From positions 12,276,001 through 12,340,000 of the forward strand of contig OZ024746.1 in the NCBI GenBank assembly GCA_964016885.1: DNA of 64,000 nt, written 5' to 3'. The position numbers and the translations under genes are program-made. Origin of the DNA: Eledone cirrhosa. Taxonomy: Eukaryota. The notes beneath the pieces were generated by a model. That model did no database searches. It worked only from the letters and a program-made list of their open reading frames with translations, and had not been told where the DNA came from. Positions 11,801 to 25,300 of this stretch are shown piece after piece (positions within the stretch are counted from its first letter, which is position 1; each line of letters begins with the position of its first letter).

Positions 11801-14800
11801 TCCTCTATAGTCACAGCCCATGGTTCACTACCATCACATGTCCTCTGCAGTCACAGCCCATGGTTCACTACCATCACATGTCCTCTGCAGTCACAGCCCA
11901 TGGTTCACTACCATCACATGTCCTCTATAGTCACAGCCCATGTCTCACTACCATCACATGTCCTCTATAGTCACAGCCCATGGTTCACTACCATCACATG
12001 TCCTCTGCAGTCACAGCCCATGGTTCACTACCATCACATGTCCTCTATAGTCACAGCCCATGTCTCACTACCATCACATGTCCTCTATAGTCACAGCCCA
12101 TGGTTCACTACCATCACATGTCCTCTGCAGTCACAGCCCATGGTTCACTACCATCACATGTCCTCTGCAGTCACAGCCCATGGTTCACTACCATCACATG
12201 TCCTCTATAGTCACAGCCCATGTCTCACTACCATCACATGTCCTCTATAGTCACAGCCCATGGTTCACTACCATCACATGTCCTCTGCAGTCACAGCCCA
12301 TGGTTCACTACCATCACATGTCCTCTATAGTCACAGCCCATGTCTCACTACCATCACATGTCCTCTATAGTCACAGCCCATGTCTCACTACCATCACATG
12401 TCCTCTGCAGTCACAGCCCATGGTTCACTACCATCACATGTCCTCTGCAGTCACAGCCCATGGTTCACTACCATCACATGTCCTCTATAGTCACAGCCCA
12501 TGGTTCACTACCATCACATGTCCTCTGCAGTCACAGCCCATGGTTCACTACCATCACATGTCCTCTATAGTCACAGCCCATGTCTCACTACCATCACATG
12601 TCCTCTGCAGTCACAGCCCATGTCTCACTACCATCACATGTCCTCTGCAGTCACAGCCCATGGTTCACTACCATCACATGTCCTCTATAGTTACAGCCCA
12701 TGGTTCACTACCATCACATGTCCTCTGCAGTCACAGCCCATGGTTCACTACCATCACATGTCCTCTATAGTTACAGCCCATGGTTCACTACCATCACATG
12801 TCCTCTATAGTCACAGCCCATGGTTCACTACCATCACATGTCCTCTGCAGTCACAGCCCATGGTTCACTACCATCACATGTCCTCTATAGTTACAGCCCA
12901 TGGTTCACTACCATCACATGTCCTCTATAGTTACAGCCCATGGTTCACTACCATCACATGTCCTCTGCAGTCACAGCCCATGGTTCACTACCATCACATG
13001 TCCTCTATAGTCACAGCCCATGGTTCACTACCATCACATGTCCTCTATAGTTACAGCCCATGGTTCACTACCATCACATGTCCTCTGCAGTCACAGCCCA
13101 TGGTTCACTACCATCACATGTCCTCTGCAGTCACAGCCCATGGTTCACTACCAGCCAAGATATGTACAACATTTGTTTTTGTTTTAAAGAAACTGTCTCA
13201 TTATACTAACCATTAATGTGAGCTCCTGCTTTCACCCAGTCTTTCATTAGAACAGGTTGTCTGCTGGATGTAGCAGTAACAATAACATCAGCATCTTTAA
13301 CAGCTTCTTCTACAGAGCCACATATTGTGCTACCAGTGTCGGCAGCAAACTTCTTGCCATTTTCTTCATTTCTACTCCAGACATTTACCTACAACATAAG
13401 AATGACATAAGACGAATTTGAATATTTTTCCACAGTATTTTCTTTTTTATGAATACATCTGGAGATCTAAAAGAGTGAATACATCTGGAGGTCTAAAACA
13501 GTGAATACATCTGGAGGTCTAAAACAGTGAATAACATCTGGAGGTCTAAAACAGTGAATACATCTGGAGATCTGAAACAATAGCAGATATTGTAAAGATC
13601 TGGGTTCAACAGCTTACAGAATTTAGTTTCAGTGGCTTTTTTTTAACTCTTAACATTTTGTAATGTGTGTGAGTGTGAATGTATGTGGTATGTGTGTATA
13701 TGTATATATGTGCTAAACTTGAACAAAATAAGTATTGATATGATTGATTAAATCCTTTCAAGGAGGTGCTCCAACACGACTGAAACCAGTAAATGAATAA
13801 AAGATTTGAATATTTTACCTTAGAGAATTTGAAGGTTGATGTTAAAGCTGCAAAGTGAGATCTAGCCTGGACACCTGAGCCAATAATGGCTAAAACTCCT
13901 GGTTCTGGCACTGTTAGATGCTGGAAAAAATAAGTGAAAGTTATTCAAATTTATGGTTAGAGAACTTAGGATTGAACCATAAATACACATCATCATCATC
14001 ATCACCGTTTTACATCCGTTCTTCCATGCTAGCATGGGTTAGACATATATATATATATGTATCCATTTTAGAATAAGTAACCCATATCCCTGCATGACAT
14101 AAGAAGTGACTAATAGGGTTGATGTCAGGAAGGGCATCAAGCTGTAAAACATTGCCTCAAAAATTCCCATCCAGCCAATGTCAGTATGGAAAAGTTGACA
14201 GAAAAATGATGACATATGTGTCCTCTATATATGAGAGAATGACAACATTGAGCAGATTTTCATGTTTTCATTTACATTCTCTCTTGGCATAGTAAATATT
14301 TTACATCACTTTTCTATACTAACCTAATGTGTCACTGTAACATCAGCTCAACATGTATACATTATACATGCAGTTCTAAATTCAAACATGTTTACATACA
14401 TGCATAGACTGAAGCATGTCTCTGGAAACAGCATTTCATAAAATGAACATCATATGTTTTATTGAATACTTTATATATATTAAATAATACTGCTCTCTGA
14501 TAGGTTTGTGGAAGAGCCTGTAGCAGTGGAGATCTCCGGCATTCTTGGCCCTTGGACCACATCTCTATTCACTGCTATCTGTGTAGAGTTGGCCGTCTGC
14601 AGGTGCAAGCCCCATGCGGTGGAGTGGCTATTCCAGCACATCTCCCTCGCTGTCCTCTGGAACAATGTATTCTCCATCCTGTCAGCTGAGATCCAAAAGT
14701 GGAAGGTAAGTTAGTTGGAGGTGGAGGATACTCGTTTGCATGTTATTCTTTCTCTATTTCTTTAAAAATCCTTTCAACGCAATTGTATAAATCAACTTAT

Positions 14801-17800
14801 ACAACAATGCCAGAATCAACAGTTTTTCTAAAAGATGGTGACTTGACTTTATTTCATATTCCTTCAAATTCTATATCCAAAGACAAATATTTGTTTTCTT
14901 CCGAATACATACATATAACCAGACTAAAGGTTAGCAGTGTTTTAGAAAGATATAAATTATTTCATGTAATTTACACAAATTCAGCTCTGTGTACAAAGTA
15001 ACAATAAATTCCAGATAACTGGAAATAAAAAAGGTTTAGACAACACACTTTAAGTCAGTTATCTGCTGCTGTGTAATCATTTCTGATATATTATCCTCTT
15101 CAATGCACAATCTACATTATCAATCATCATCATCACCTATTTTCCATGGGTTAGAATGGTAATCCTGTTCTGAGGGTAGACTGGTCAGGTGACCATGTCT
15201 GGCTCATATAATAATAATAATGAAATTATTGTGTACAGTGCTCAGGTGCACTACAACTCATCAAAGGTGCATGAATAGTACATAGAATAATATACAAATG
15301 TCAGGGAAGTGAATAGTGTATGAGTCATGATATACATGTGTGTATGTGTATGGAGGGGGAATATTAGGTGTAATGTTGGCGAATCTCAGGAAGCATGGAG
15401 GTTTTAAAGGATGCAGTGTCTCGACAGCTAATAACTGATGCAGGTAGTTTGTTCCATGGAGGTTTTAAAGGATGCAGTGTCTCGACAGCTAATAACTGAT
15501 GCAGGTAGTTTGTTCCATGGAGGTTTTAAAGGATGCAGTGTCTCGACAGCTAATAACTGATGCAGGTAGTTTGTTCCATGGAGGTTTTAAAGGATGCAGT
15601 GTCTCGACAGCTAATAACTGATGCAGGTAGTTTGTTCCATGGAGGTTTTAAAGGATGCAGTGTCTCGACAGCTAATAACTGATGCAGGTAGTTTGTTCCA
15701 TGGAGGTTTTAAAGGATGCAGTGTCTCGACAGCTAATAACTGATGCAGGTAGTTTGTTCCATGCTTCAGCAACTCTGAGCGTGAAAAAAAAATATGTTCC
15801 ATATCTGGCTTGGTTTTTATGGCTATATGCCCTTCCCAATGTCAATCACATTACAGCATATGCATACTGGGAGAATTTTATTGAAACATCAGCACTACCC
15901 TTATGAGGGGAACACGTTTTATAGTGTTATTGCAGAAATCTGCTCTGTTTCCCCCTTTCCATCAAGTTACTCAAGATTACTTATATACTTGGATATAAGC
16001 TGATAAATGTGTGACAATAATATTGATGGTAAAATGGGGGTCAGCTTATATACGTTGTCAATATTTTGCTGATTTTCACAAACTTCAGTTTTCATGGGAG
16101 GGAAAAGTCAGTTGAATCAACCCCAGTACTGGACTGGTACTTTCAACCCAGAAAGGATTAAAAGGCAAAGTTGATGATACCTTAACAATTCTGAAGATCC
16201 ACTACCCCTATATACTTAATAATTGTTTCTACTTTTGGCACAAGGTCAGCAATTATCCCAGTGTATTACTGGTACTTTATTTTATCGGCCCTGTGAGGAT
16301 GAAAGGCAAGGTTAACCTCGGCAGGATTTGAACTCAGATCATAAAGGGCTGTAACTCAATGCTGCAAAGCATGACATCCGACACTCTACCGATACTGCCA
16401 ATAAACTTAATGAGAACACTGACAGCTAGGAAACCAAACTTCAAACAGCTGAAAATATACTTTAAGAAGAAATATTTTAATTATATTTATATCATAGTTA
16501 TATATTTATAATCTTTCAGGTTGTGACATAATTTAAAAAACTAACTAAATAATGATATAAAAGTTATATTTATTAAAAACATTAATTAAATATTGATATG
16601 ACAATTTAATATATGCCAACATGGAAAAACAGACACAGAAACAATGATGATGATGTGATGTACAGACATCTTATTAGAATCGAGATAAACAGATGTAAAT
16701 TGGTACAAAATATATGAATAAATAATACTTGTTTTTATAATTGTAACTTATTACTGAATATAAACAACATTTCTACATTATAACTATCTAATTATGATAC
16801 ACAGATACACCCATTCATACATATGTAGATATCAAATTATCATATCTATCTAAAATTAATGTTTTCAATAAATATAACTTTTTAAATCATTATTTAGTAA
16901 ATATGTTAAACTTTTATTCACAGTTGTATAAAAATATAATATGTTTACAGAATGAAAACACAAACATAATATATACAAATATATATACATATAATATATA
17001 CAAATATATATACATATTTTTGATTTCCATGTGTCTAACACACGTGGACATGCCCACAAAGTAAGAAAACAGCACAGTTCCCATGACTTTCGGAAACATT
17101 TTTTCACGCTCAGAGTTGCTGAAGCATGGAACAAACTACCTGCATCAGTTGTTAGCTGTCGAGACACTGCATCCTTTAAGGCCTCCATGCTTCCCGAGAT
17201 CCGCCAACACTACAGCTAACACATACACACATGTACTTCCCTGACATTTGTGTATTATTCTATGTACTATATTGACGAGTTGTGGTGCACCTGAGCACTT
17301 TACACAATAATTTCATTATTATATTATAATATATACAAATATAAATGCAAAAAGAGAGATAAAAAAGAAGAAAAAAAGAGAAAAAGGGTGGCATACAATT
17401 TACCATCAGGTGTAATAAATAATTGGCTACACATCACTGGTTTTTGAAATGATGTCACAACCTGGTACATTATAAATATATGACTATAATACAAATTAAG
17501 TTTCTGATATTGTATATTTTGTTGATATTGTGATTCTAGGATGAAATAGGCTTTATTCCTGGAATCAAAGGAAATCAATATTCTCAAATATATCTTATAA
17601 CAGACATTTAAAAAATTTTCTATTCACACACCTGCCAACCTCTAAAAATCCATACAGGGAGTACCATGAAAATGCCCCAAATCGGGGAGAAATGAGGCAA
17701 AATGGGTAGATTTTACATAATGAAAGCTATACCCATTTTCACAAAAGAAGACATCTCTTACCCAATCAAAGGCTATTACAAATGTTCCCGTCGGATGGGG

Positions 17801-20800
17801 GAGAGTTGACAGGTCTGCATACAGTTTTATAAAAAGATGTGTATGTGATGTATGATGGATATCATCATCATTAGCGTTTTTACATCCACTTTTAAATACT
17901 GGCATGGTTTGAGACAATGTTTTAGAGTCGGACGCCTTTCCTGACGCTAACCTTTTTAGTTGCCAAAAAACCTAATGTCAAAACCAGGATACACACATAT
18001 ATGTATGTAATTATATGCATGCATGTAAATTAACATTGTATTTGAGTATATATGTATATATGTATGTGAAGGTGCATGGCTTAGTGGCTAGGGTGTTTGG
18101 CTCACAATCATAAGGTCATAAGTTTGATCGCCAGCATCATATTGTGTCCTTGAACAAGACATTCTATTTCACAATTCCCTTGTCTACTCAGCTGGCAAAG
18201 ACAATTTATGGTATCTTAACCTTTTCATTACCATATAATTTTGAAAATAAGAATCTGTTAGGAGCGAGTAGTAATATAACTAACTTTGAAATTATTAAGT
18301 TAGTGTTAGATGTATAACAAAGGTTCTTGCATAAAACTATCATGGAAGGCTTTTAGATAAATATATACATTTGACAATAGAATAAGGGTTAGTTTCAAGC
18401 TGTTTGGTATCAAAACGGTTAAGAGGGAACAGCAACATTGAGTTTTGTCAACAGACTCAATGTTTTTCTCTGTTTCAATTTCAAGCTTATAATGGATAAG
18501 AAAATAACAGAATAGTTTACCTTTGTAGCAACAACTGTCACTGCAGCAGTCCTCATTGCTGTAATGACCGTTCCATCAACCACCTGTAGTATAGAATATA
18601 ATAGGTTAGTTGAGTCACAACTACATGTTAATAGCCACAAACATGGGAGTTTTTAAGTGATTGTTAGACTTGCTAGTAATAGAAGTCAAATAGTGTTGAA
18701 ATTATACCCTAATATCTTAAAAGAGGAAGGGTGTATTGAATAATGTAGTCCCTGATATACAAAATGGTGAGCTGATCACAGCTGGAAGAACTTCAATCAC
18801 AGTTTTGCTTGATCATGGCTGACCTGGGGTTAAACAACACGACCAAAATTATGAACATCTCTGTTGCCATCACTAACAATACCTCTACCATAATCATTAA
18901 CAACAAGCAACTAACTCTGACAAAATATCATCTCAATTAATAATAAGACAATACTTAATACTTTATTTTATCAACTTCGAAATTCTGAAAGACAAAGTTG
19001 TCCTCAGAGACACAATTTTATTCATAAAAGTTTTATTGTCAACCAGTGCTGACTCCAGTGGAGAAAAGAAGAAGTAACTACAACAACAATCACCAACAAC
19101 ATCACAAAAACAACAATTATATTCAAAGAAAGGCAAAGTACAGCTTTTGTTTATAGGTTGTTATTTGAGTTCCAAGTCAACTCCTAACAATGATCAAAAG
19201 CTTTCCAAGTGTAACATTTTATCTTTTTTTCCAGTTGTAGTGTATCCAAGAGTTTTACTCTTAGGGAAATTTGGGTGTTGTTTATAACAGGTCAAGTAAT
19301 TACAAGGTTATTTCAAGAGTATGCTGGGTGATTATAGAAAGGTGCAACTTTGAGGTGAAAGGAATATTTAGTAGAGATCCTGGAAAGAAGGAGAATGAGA
19401 AGAAGGATGAAAAGAAGAAGAAAGGGGGAAGGAGGAGGTTATATGTGCAGTTAACAAGTACAATTGGAGGTGGGTAGACATCCAGAGGAGCTATGAAGAA
19501 ATAGTGAAATATACAACTAAACAGAGAATAAGGTTTTCAAGAATGTCAATGAATGATGTAGGACTTCTGACCCAATCAATTAAAAAAATCCATCATCATC
19601 ATCATCATCATTAAATAGGAAAAGAAGAAAGAGAAAGTGGAATAAGAAAGTGATGAGAGAAATATATAATAATTAGAAAAGACAAGGACTTGTCAGATTA
19701 AAAAAAAAACACTTACACTTAAAAGTTTACCATTCATGCTGTTGAATAAAACGATGGCAGCATCATGGGTTGGGATATCTTTGTTGTCTGGGAACACTGT
19801 GACAAGTTTAGTAGCAATAATATTGTCTGCGGCACTATAACATGGCATTATATAACATTTCCTGGAAAAAGAGGGGAAAGCAATACATATATATATATAT
19901 ATATCAGAATATAAGCAGCAGGCGTAGCAGGGGTCCTGAATTTTTCATATATATGATGGATTCAGTTTGAAATTGGTTCGTCCATTACTCAACAGAGTAC
20001 TCAATACATGGGGTAGTAGAATATGGTTATATGCCATTTTAACAGCTAGTTCGAGACAGGAACAAAGTGAGCAAGAGCTCAGCCCTCGGGGTCTTGACTC
20101 TTTATAATATATATCATCATCATCATCATCATCCTCGTTTAACGTTCACTTTCCACGCTAGCATGGGTTAGACGGGAGTTGTCCCACTTGAGGCAAGATT
20201 GGTCGGGTGACTGTGTCTCGCTCATATAGGACTATCTGGCAGGTTTTCTACGGCTGGATGCCCTTCCTAACACCAACCACATTTACAGTGTGGAACTGGG
20301 AACTTTTTATCGTGTTACCTACACGGCCACATTACAGCGTGGACTGTGTGTTTTTTCTCGTGACACCTACACGATCTCAATCTCATTTATTTGGACTGGA
20401 TGTTGTGGTACCAACTTTATAGAGAGGGGGTGGTGTTGGTGGGAGTGGGAGGATGGGGTAGTGGATTGGGGTGTATATTTGGTTAAGAGGTGCCTACTGA
20501 GTGTAGGTTTCACTTTGTACGTAGGCAAGGCGGGTCTTCTGTATTACTGTGTAGCGCCAAAGATCTCGGTCCAGTGACATTGTCTTAGAGAGGTGCAAGT
20601 GTGTAAGGTCGGAATTTATCAGATCGTCCCAGGTTTTTCTGGGTCTACCTACTCCGTAACTACCATCAATTTTGATCACCCTGCACTTTTTTTATACAGC
20701 TGTCGTCTTTAATGCGCATCACGTGGCCATACCAACGTAGTCTTCTCTCGAGTAAACAGCATCTGATCCCTTTTATTCCTAATTTCTCACTTAGTTCATT

Positions 20801-22142
20801 TATGCTTTGCCATTCACGTATGTTACTATTACACATCCAACGGAGCATGCATGCTTCGTTCCTTTCCAGTCTGCACAGGTCCTCTGCACGCAATGCCCAT
20901 GTCTCACTGCCATGTAGCATTGCTGTTCGTATACAAGCATCATACAGCCTGCCTTTCATTTTTAGAGAGAAACCTTTTGTGGCCAACAGCAGTATAAGCT
21001 CTCTGAACTTTTTCCATCCCGTTCTGACTCTGGCTACTGTACTTTCAGAACACCCTCCACCACTGCTGATTTCATCACCCAGGTAACGGAAAGTGTCTAC
21101 TATTTCTATAGAACCATCTGGGCAATAGAAGGAGCTAGTATCCTGTGGACACTTGCTACCTATTGCACCTGAGCATCGGCCACATATAAAGTCTACGTTC
21201 TTAGATAGTTTACCTGTGATGCCACTACATCTTTTATGTACCCATACTTTGCATTTGGGACATAAAATTGAATTTCTGCCTACTCCTTTCCTACACACTG
21301 AGCAAGGCCATTTCCCTGAGGGTACCTGTGCCTTATTTTCCTTTCTACAAACTAGGACTTTAATCTTAGACAAGTTAACTTTAAGGCTTTTTGATTCTAG
21401 GCCATGCTTCCATTTTTGGAATTTCTTTTCTAGTTCAGCCATTGATTCAGCTATGAGCGTTAGATCATCTGCGTATAGGAGTTGCCATGGGCAGCCGGTC
21501 TTGAACTCCTCTGTTATAGCCTGAAGGGCAATAATAAATAGGAGGGGCCTAAGGACAGAGCCTTGGTGAACACCAACTTTTACACTAAATTCTTCACAAT
21601 ATTCATTGTTAATTCTAACCTTACTGACTGTTTCATTATACATAGCTTGTATAGCTCTCACAAGCCATTCATCTACACCTAGTTTTCTAAGAGCCCACCA
21701 GATAATGGAGCGGGGGACTCTGTCAAAGGCTTTTTCCAGGTCTACAAAAGCTAAGTAGAGGGGCTTACTTTTAGCTAGGTACTTCTCTTGTAGTTGTCGT
21801 ACAAGGAAAAGAGCGTCTGTGGTACTTTTACCTGACACAAACCCAAACTGCATTTCATCTAGATCAATTCGCTCTCTGATTAGTTGTGCTATAACTCTTT
21901 CTGTAACCTTCATGACCTGGTCAATTAACTTAATGCTTCTATAGTTTCCTCTATCTAGAGCATCTCCTTTACCCTTGTAGCAGTTAATGATGATGCTGCT
22001 GCACCAGTCTTTTGGTATGACCCCATTCTGTATTACTTGGTTAACTATAGGGGTGACCATAGTATGTCCCACCATTCCAGATCCCTTCAATATCTCAGCA
22101 ACTATATCCGAAGGCACAGCTGCTTCGCATGTCTTCATATCT

Positions 22143-22188
<46 letters not shown>

Positions 22189-22270
22189 GTATAATAAATA
22201 ATACAATATAATTACCTCATTACCAGAGGTTTCCCGAATAAGACGAATACGAAAAACGGAAACTTCAATA

Positions 22271-22325
<55 letters not shown>

Positions 22326-25300
22326 ATATATATATATATATATATATTGATATATATATATTGATATGTGTATCTCGGGTTCAATCAGGGGTAACCACAG
22401 TAAGTAAGGTACTCAATACATAGAGTATAAATATTTAATATAAAAATGGCATCTACATGACTAGAACTGTTTCATTCAGAGGAAATCATTCCTCTGAATG
22501 AAACAGTTCTATTCCTGTAGAAGCTATTTCTATATTAAATATATATATATATATATGAAATGTTAAGACAGAGTTACTTTTACATAATTGTTTTATTACA
22601 ATATACATATTTCAATGATCTAATTATGCAATGGTTATATCTTTAACAGTTTCCATGTGACATCATCAGATGTTAATACAATTATGAGATGTCGTTATGC
22701 AAGTATGTAGATATGTCGCTGGTGAGGTATTACCATCTTGGTGTGATGCTAGCAAATCACACCTAATCACCAACATTTAGCTGGGGATACACTACAGTGA
22801 AGTGCTTTGGGATTGCTTAAACCAGTTTATACTGGCAGCATAACAGCGTAACCTCCACTGATTATCTGCACTATATGTGTGTGTGGAGAGAGAGAGAGAG
22901 AGAATAATTTGGCAAGTAGAAAATCTTTAATCAACTAAGATTATTCTTGTAATTTAGATGTTCAAATTAAAAACATGTGAGCAAGGGAAATAACTCCTAC
23001 AATAAATTTGAGGAAAAAATTGAGATAATGCAATGAGAGTTGACCATGTCTTAATCATGTGGTGAAAACAATGGACGTGTTTGAATCTCGAAGCATATTC
23101 ATTTGCAGTTGCTTTGACTTAGGATAGTCAATATGTAGTAATTATATGTGTCAACATTGGACAGAGAAAAATAACTTCGGGAAGCATTCTGCCAGATCAT
23201 CCTCTTTTGTTTGGCTGGATACCCCTCCTATTACACTGAATAATGTAGTCCTACATACACCGAGTCGTAATAAAAGATGGGATGGTCAAAGTTAGATTGC
23301 TCTTGACTAGAGGTCTGCGCAGTCAGGGCTTATCTGGGGCTAAACAACTACAAAGCAGTGAGGCTTTTATGTGGTACCTTGACTTGTTAAAGATAGCAGC
23401 CAAATCACCATCACTTCCTACCATCCTAAAAAGGAAGAACATATTGAATAATATAGTCCTAAATATACGGCCAGAAAATATGACAAGAGCCATGACTGAA
23501 ATGTCCCTTTTGATATAATTCAACAGGTTAGCAATGCTCGGACACTGAACAAGAGTGGGGGAGGGCATAGAGTATTGACCCCGACTAGATGAAAAACAAA
23601 GCCAATTTTGGTGGGAAAATGTAAAAATGTAACTATACAGCACGATAATTCATCTGTTGCTCTACTGATTCTTACAATGCCACGGTACTAAAATATGCAG
23701 ATGACATCAAGCTGTACCTTGAAATCAAAAGGACTGATCCTGAAATTTACAACTCTTTCCTACAATCAGACCTGGACACAATGCAGCAATGGATCACAGA
23801 CTGGCAACTGAAGCTGGCTGTGGACAAGTGTACCACCATGCATTTTGGAAGGAAAAATCCAGCGTCCACATACTCCCTCCACAACACTGACATCAAAAAG
23901 TCCTCTTGTGAACGTGACCTGGGCATTACTGTCAGCAACGATTTGCGTTGGACAAAGCATGTCTCTAAGATTGTCAAGAAGGCCGAGGGTGTCTTGGCAT
24001 CACTCAGCAAGACCTTTGTTAGCCGCTCTCCAGCCATCTATTTAAAACTGTATACAGCTATGGTGCGACCACACTTGGAATTCGCATCATCAGTCTGGAA
24101 CCCCTATCTTGCTCGGAACATTGACCTCCTGGAAACTGTTCAGAGACGTGCAACCAAGCGCATACCCTCCATCAGACACCTACCATACTCTGAACGCCTT
24201 GCTTCCCTGGGCATGGATTCATTGAAGCTCCGACGTCTGGCAATGGACTTGGTGAATACCCACAAAGTTTTTAACCATCTCGCCAACTGCAACCCTGAGC
24301 GCCTCTTTGATCTCCATGTGTCTAACACACGTGGACATGCCTACAAGATAAGAAAACAGCACAGCTCCCATGACTTTCGCAGACATTTTTTCACGCTCAG
24401 AGTTGCTGAAGCATGGAACAAACTGCCTGCGTCAATTGTTAGCTGCCGAGACACTGCATCCTTTAAGACACTCATGCTTCCCGAAATACGCCAAAACTAC
24501 ACCTGATGTACCCCTTCCATACACATGCACACATGTGTGTATCATGACTCGTGCACTGTTCATTTTACTGATGTTTGCGCATTGCCCTATGTACTGTACA
24601 TGCACTTTTTTGATGAGTTGTGGTGCACCTGGGCACTGTACACAATATTTCATTATTGTTATTGTTATTATATCATGACTCATACACTGTTCATTTTCCT
24701 GACATTTGTACATTATTCTATGTACTATACATGCACCTTTGATGAGTTGTAGTGCACCTGAGCACTGTACACAATAATTTCATTATTATTATTATTATTA
24801 TTATTATTTACTGCCCCAAAATAATAGAAAACATTGCAGACGTATTGACTGATATAAGCCAGAGTTGTCAAACAGAAAGAACAGAAAGATGTTATATAAT
24901 TTCTTTGTACTAAAATTTGAACAAACAATAGTTTTATAAGGTACTCTTGGGTGTCGAATAATTGTCCCCTCCACCCGTTTATTATTTTTCAGACCATCCT
25001 CACTCTTATTCTACCCACCCCAGCAGCTTATTAAATTTAGTTAATCTATTTCCACGACAATTAATTTTCTTTAGACATTAAAAAACAGTATACATGACAA
25101 AAAAAAAAAAAGAACATTACTAGAAATCCTATACGTTATAGAATAGGATGGCTTGGGATAAATTCTGGTTTGAAAAAAACACATCAAGGTAGACAACCTA
25201 GAAAAATTACCGAATTTCCAGCCCCGCCCCGCTTATTCCATCCTACCCCCTATTATTTGGGACCCGAGAATAATATTCATGTCGTATATTATACTAAAAT

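Noticed and set aside
7438-13153. CRISPR-like array
   Set aside because: Units are directly adjacent with no unique spacers, no cas genes, eukaryotic context
7466-13216. Many His/Ser-rich ORFs (MVHYHHMSS...)
   Set aside because: Translations of a 40-bp repeat cycling through frames, broken by TAG variants and antisense to the CRYM intron
20712-21524. Plus-strand ORFs of 123-124 aa, and similar ones at 5281-6097
   Set aside because: Antisense shadows of LINE ORF2
20666-24506. Autonomous active LINEs or domesticated RT genes
   Set aside because: Both RT ORFs are 5'-truncated with no endonuclease; the RTE-like copy also has a frameshift near its C-terminus
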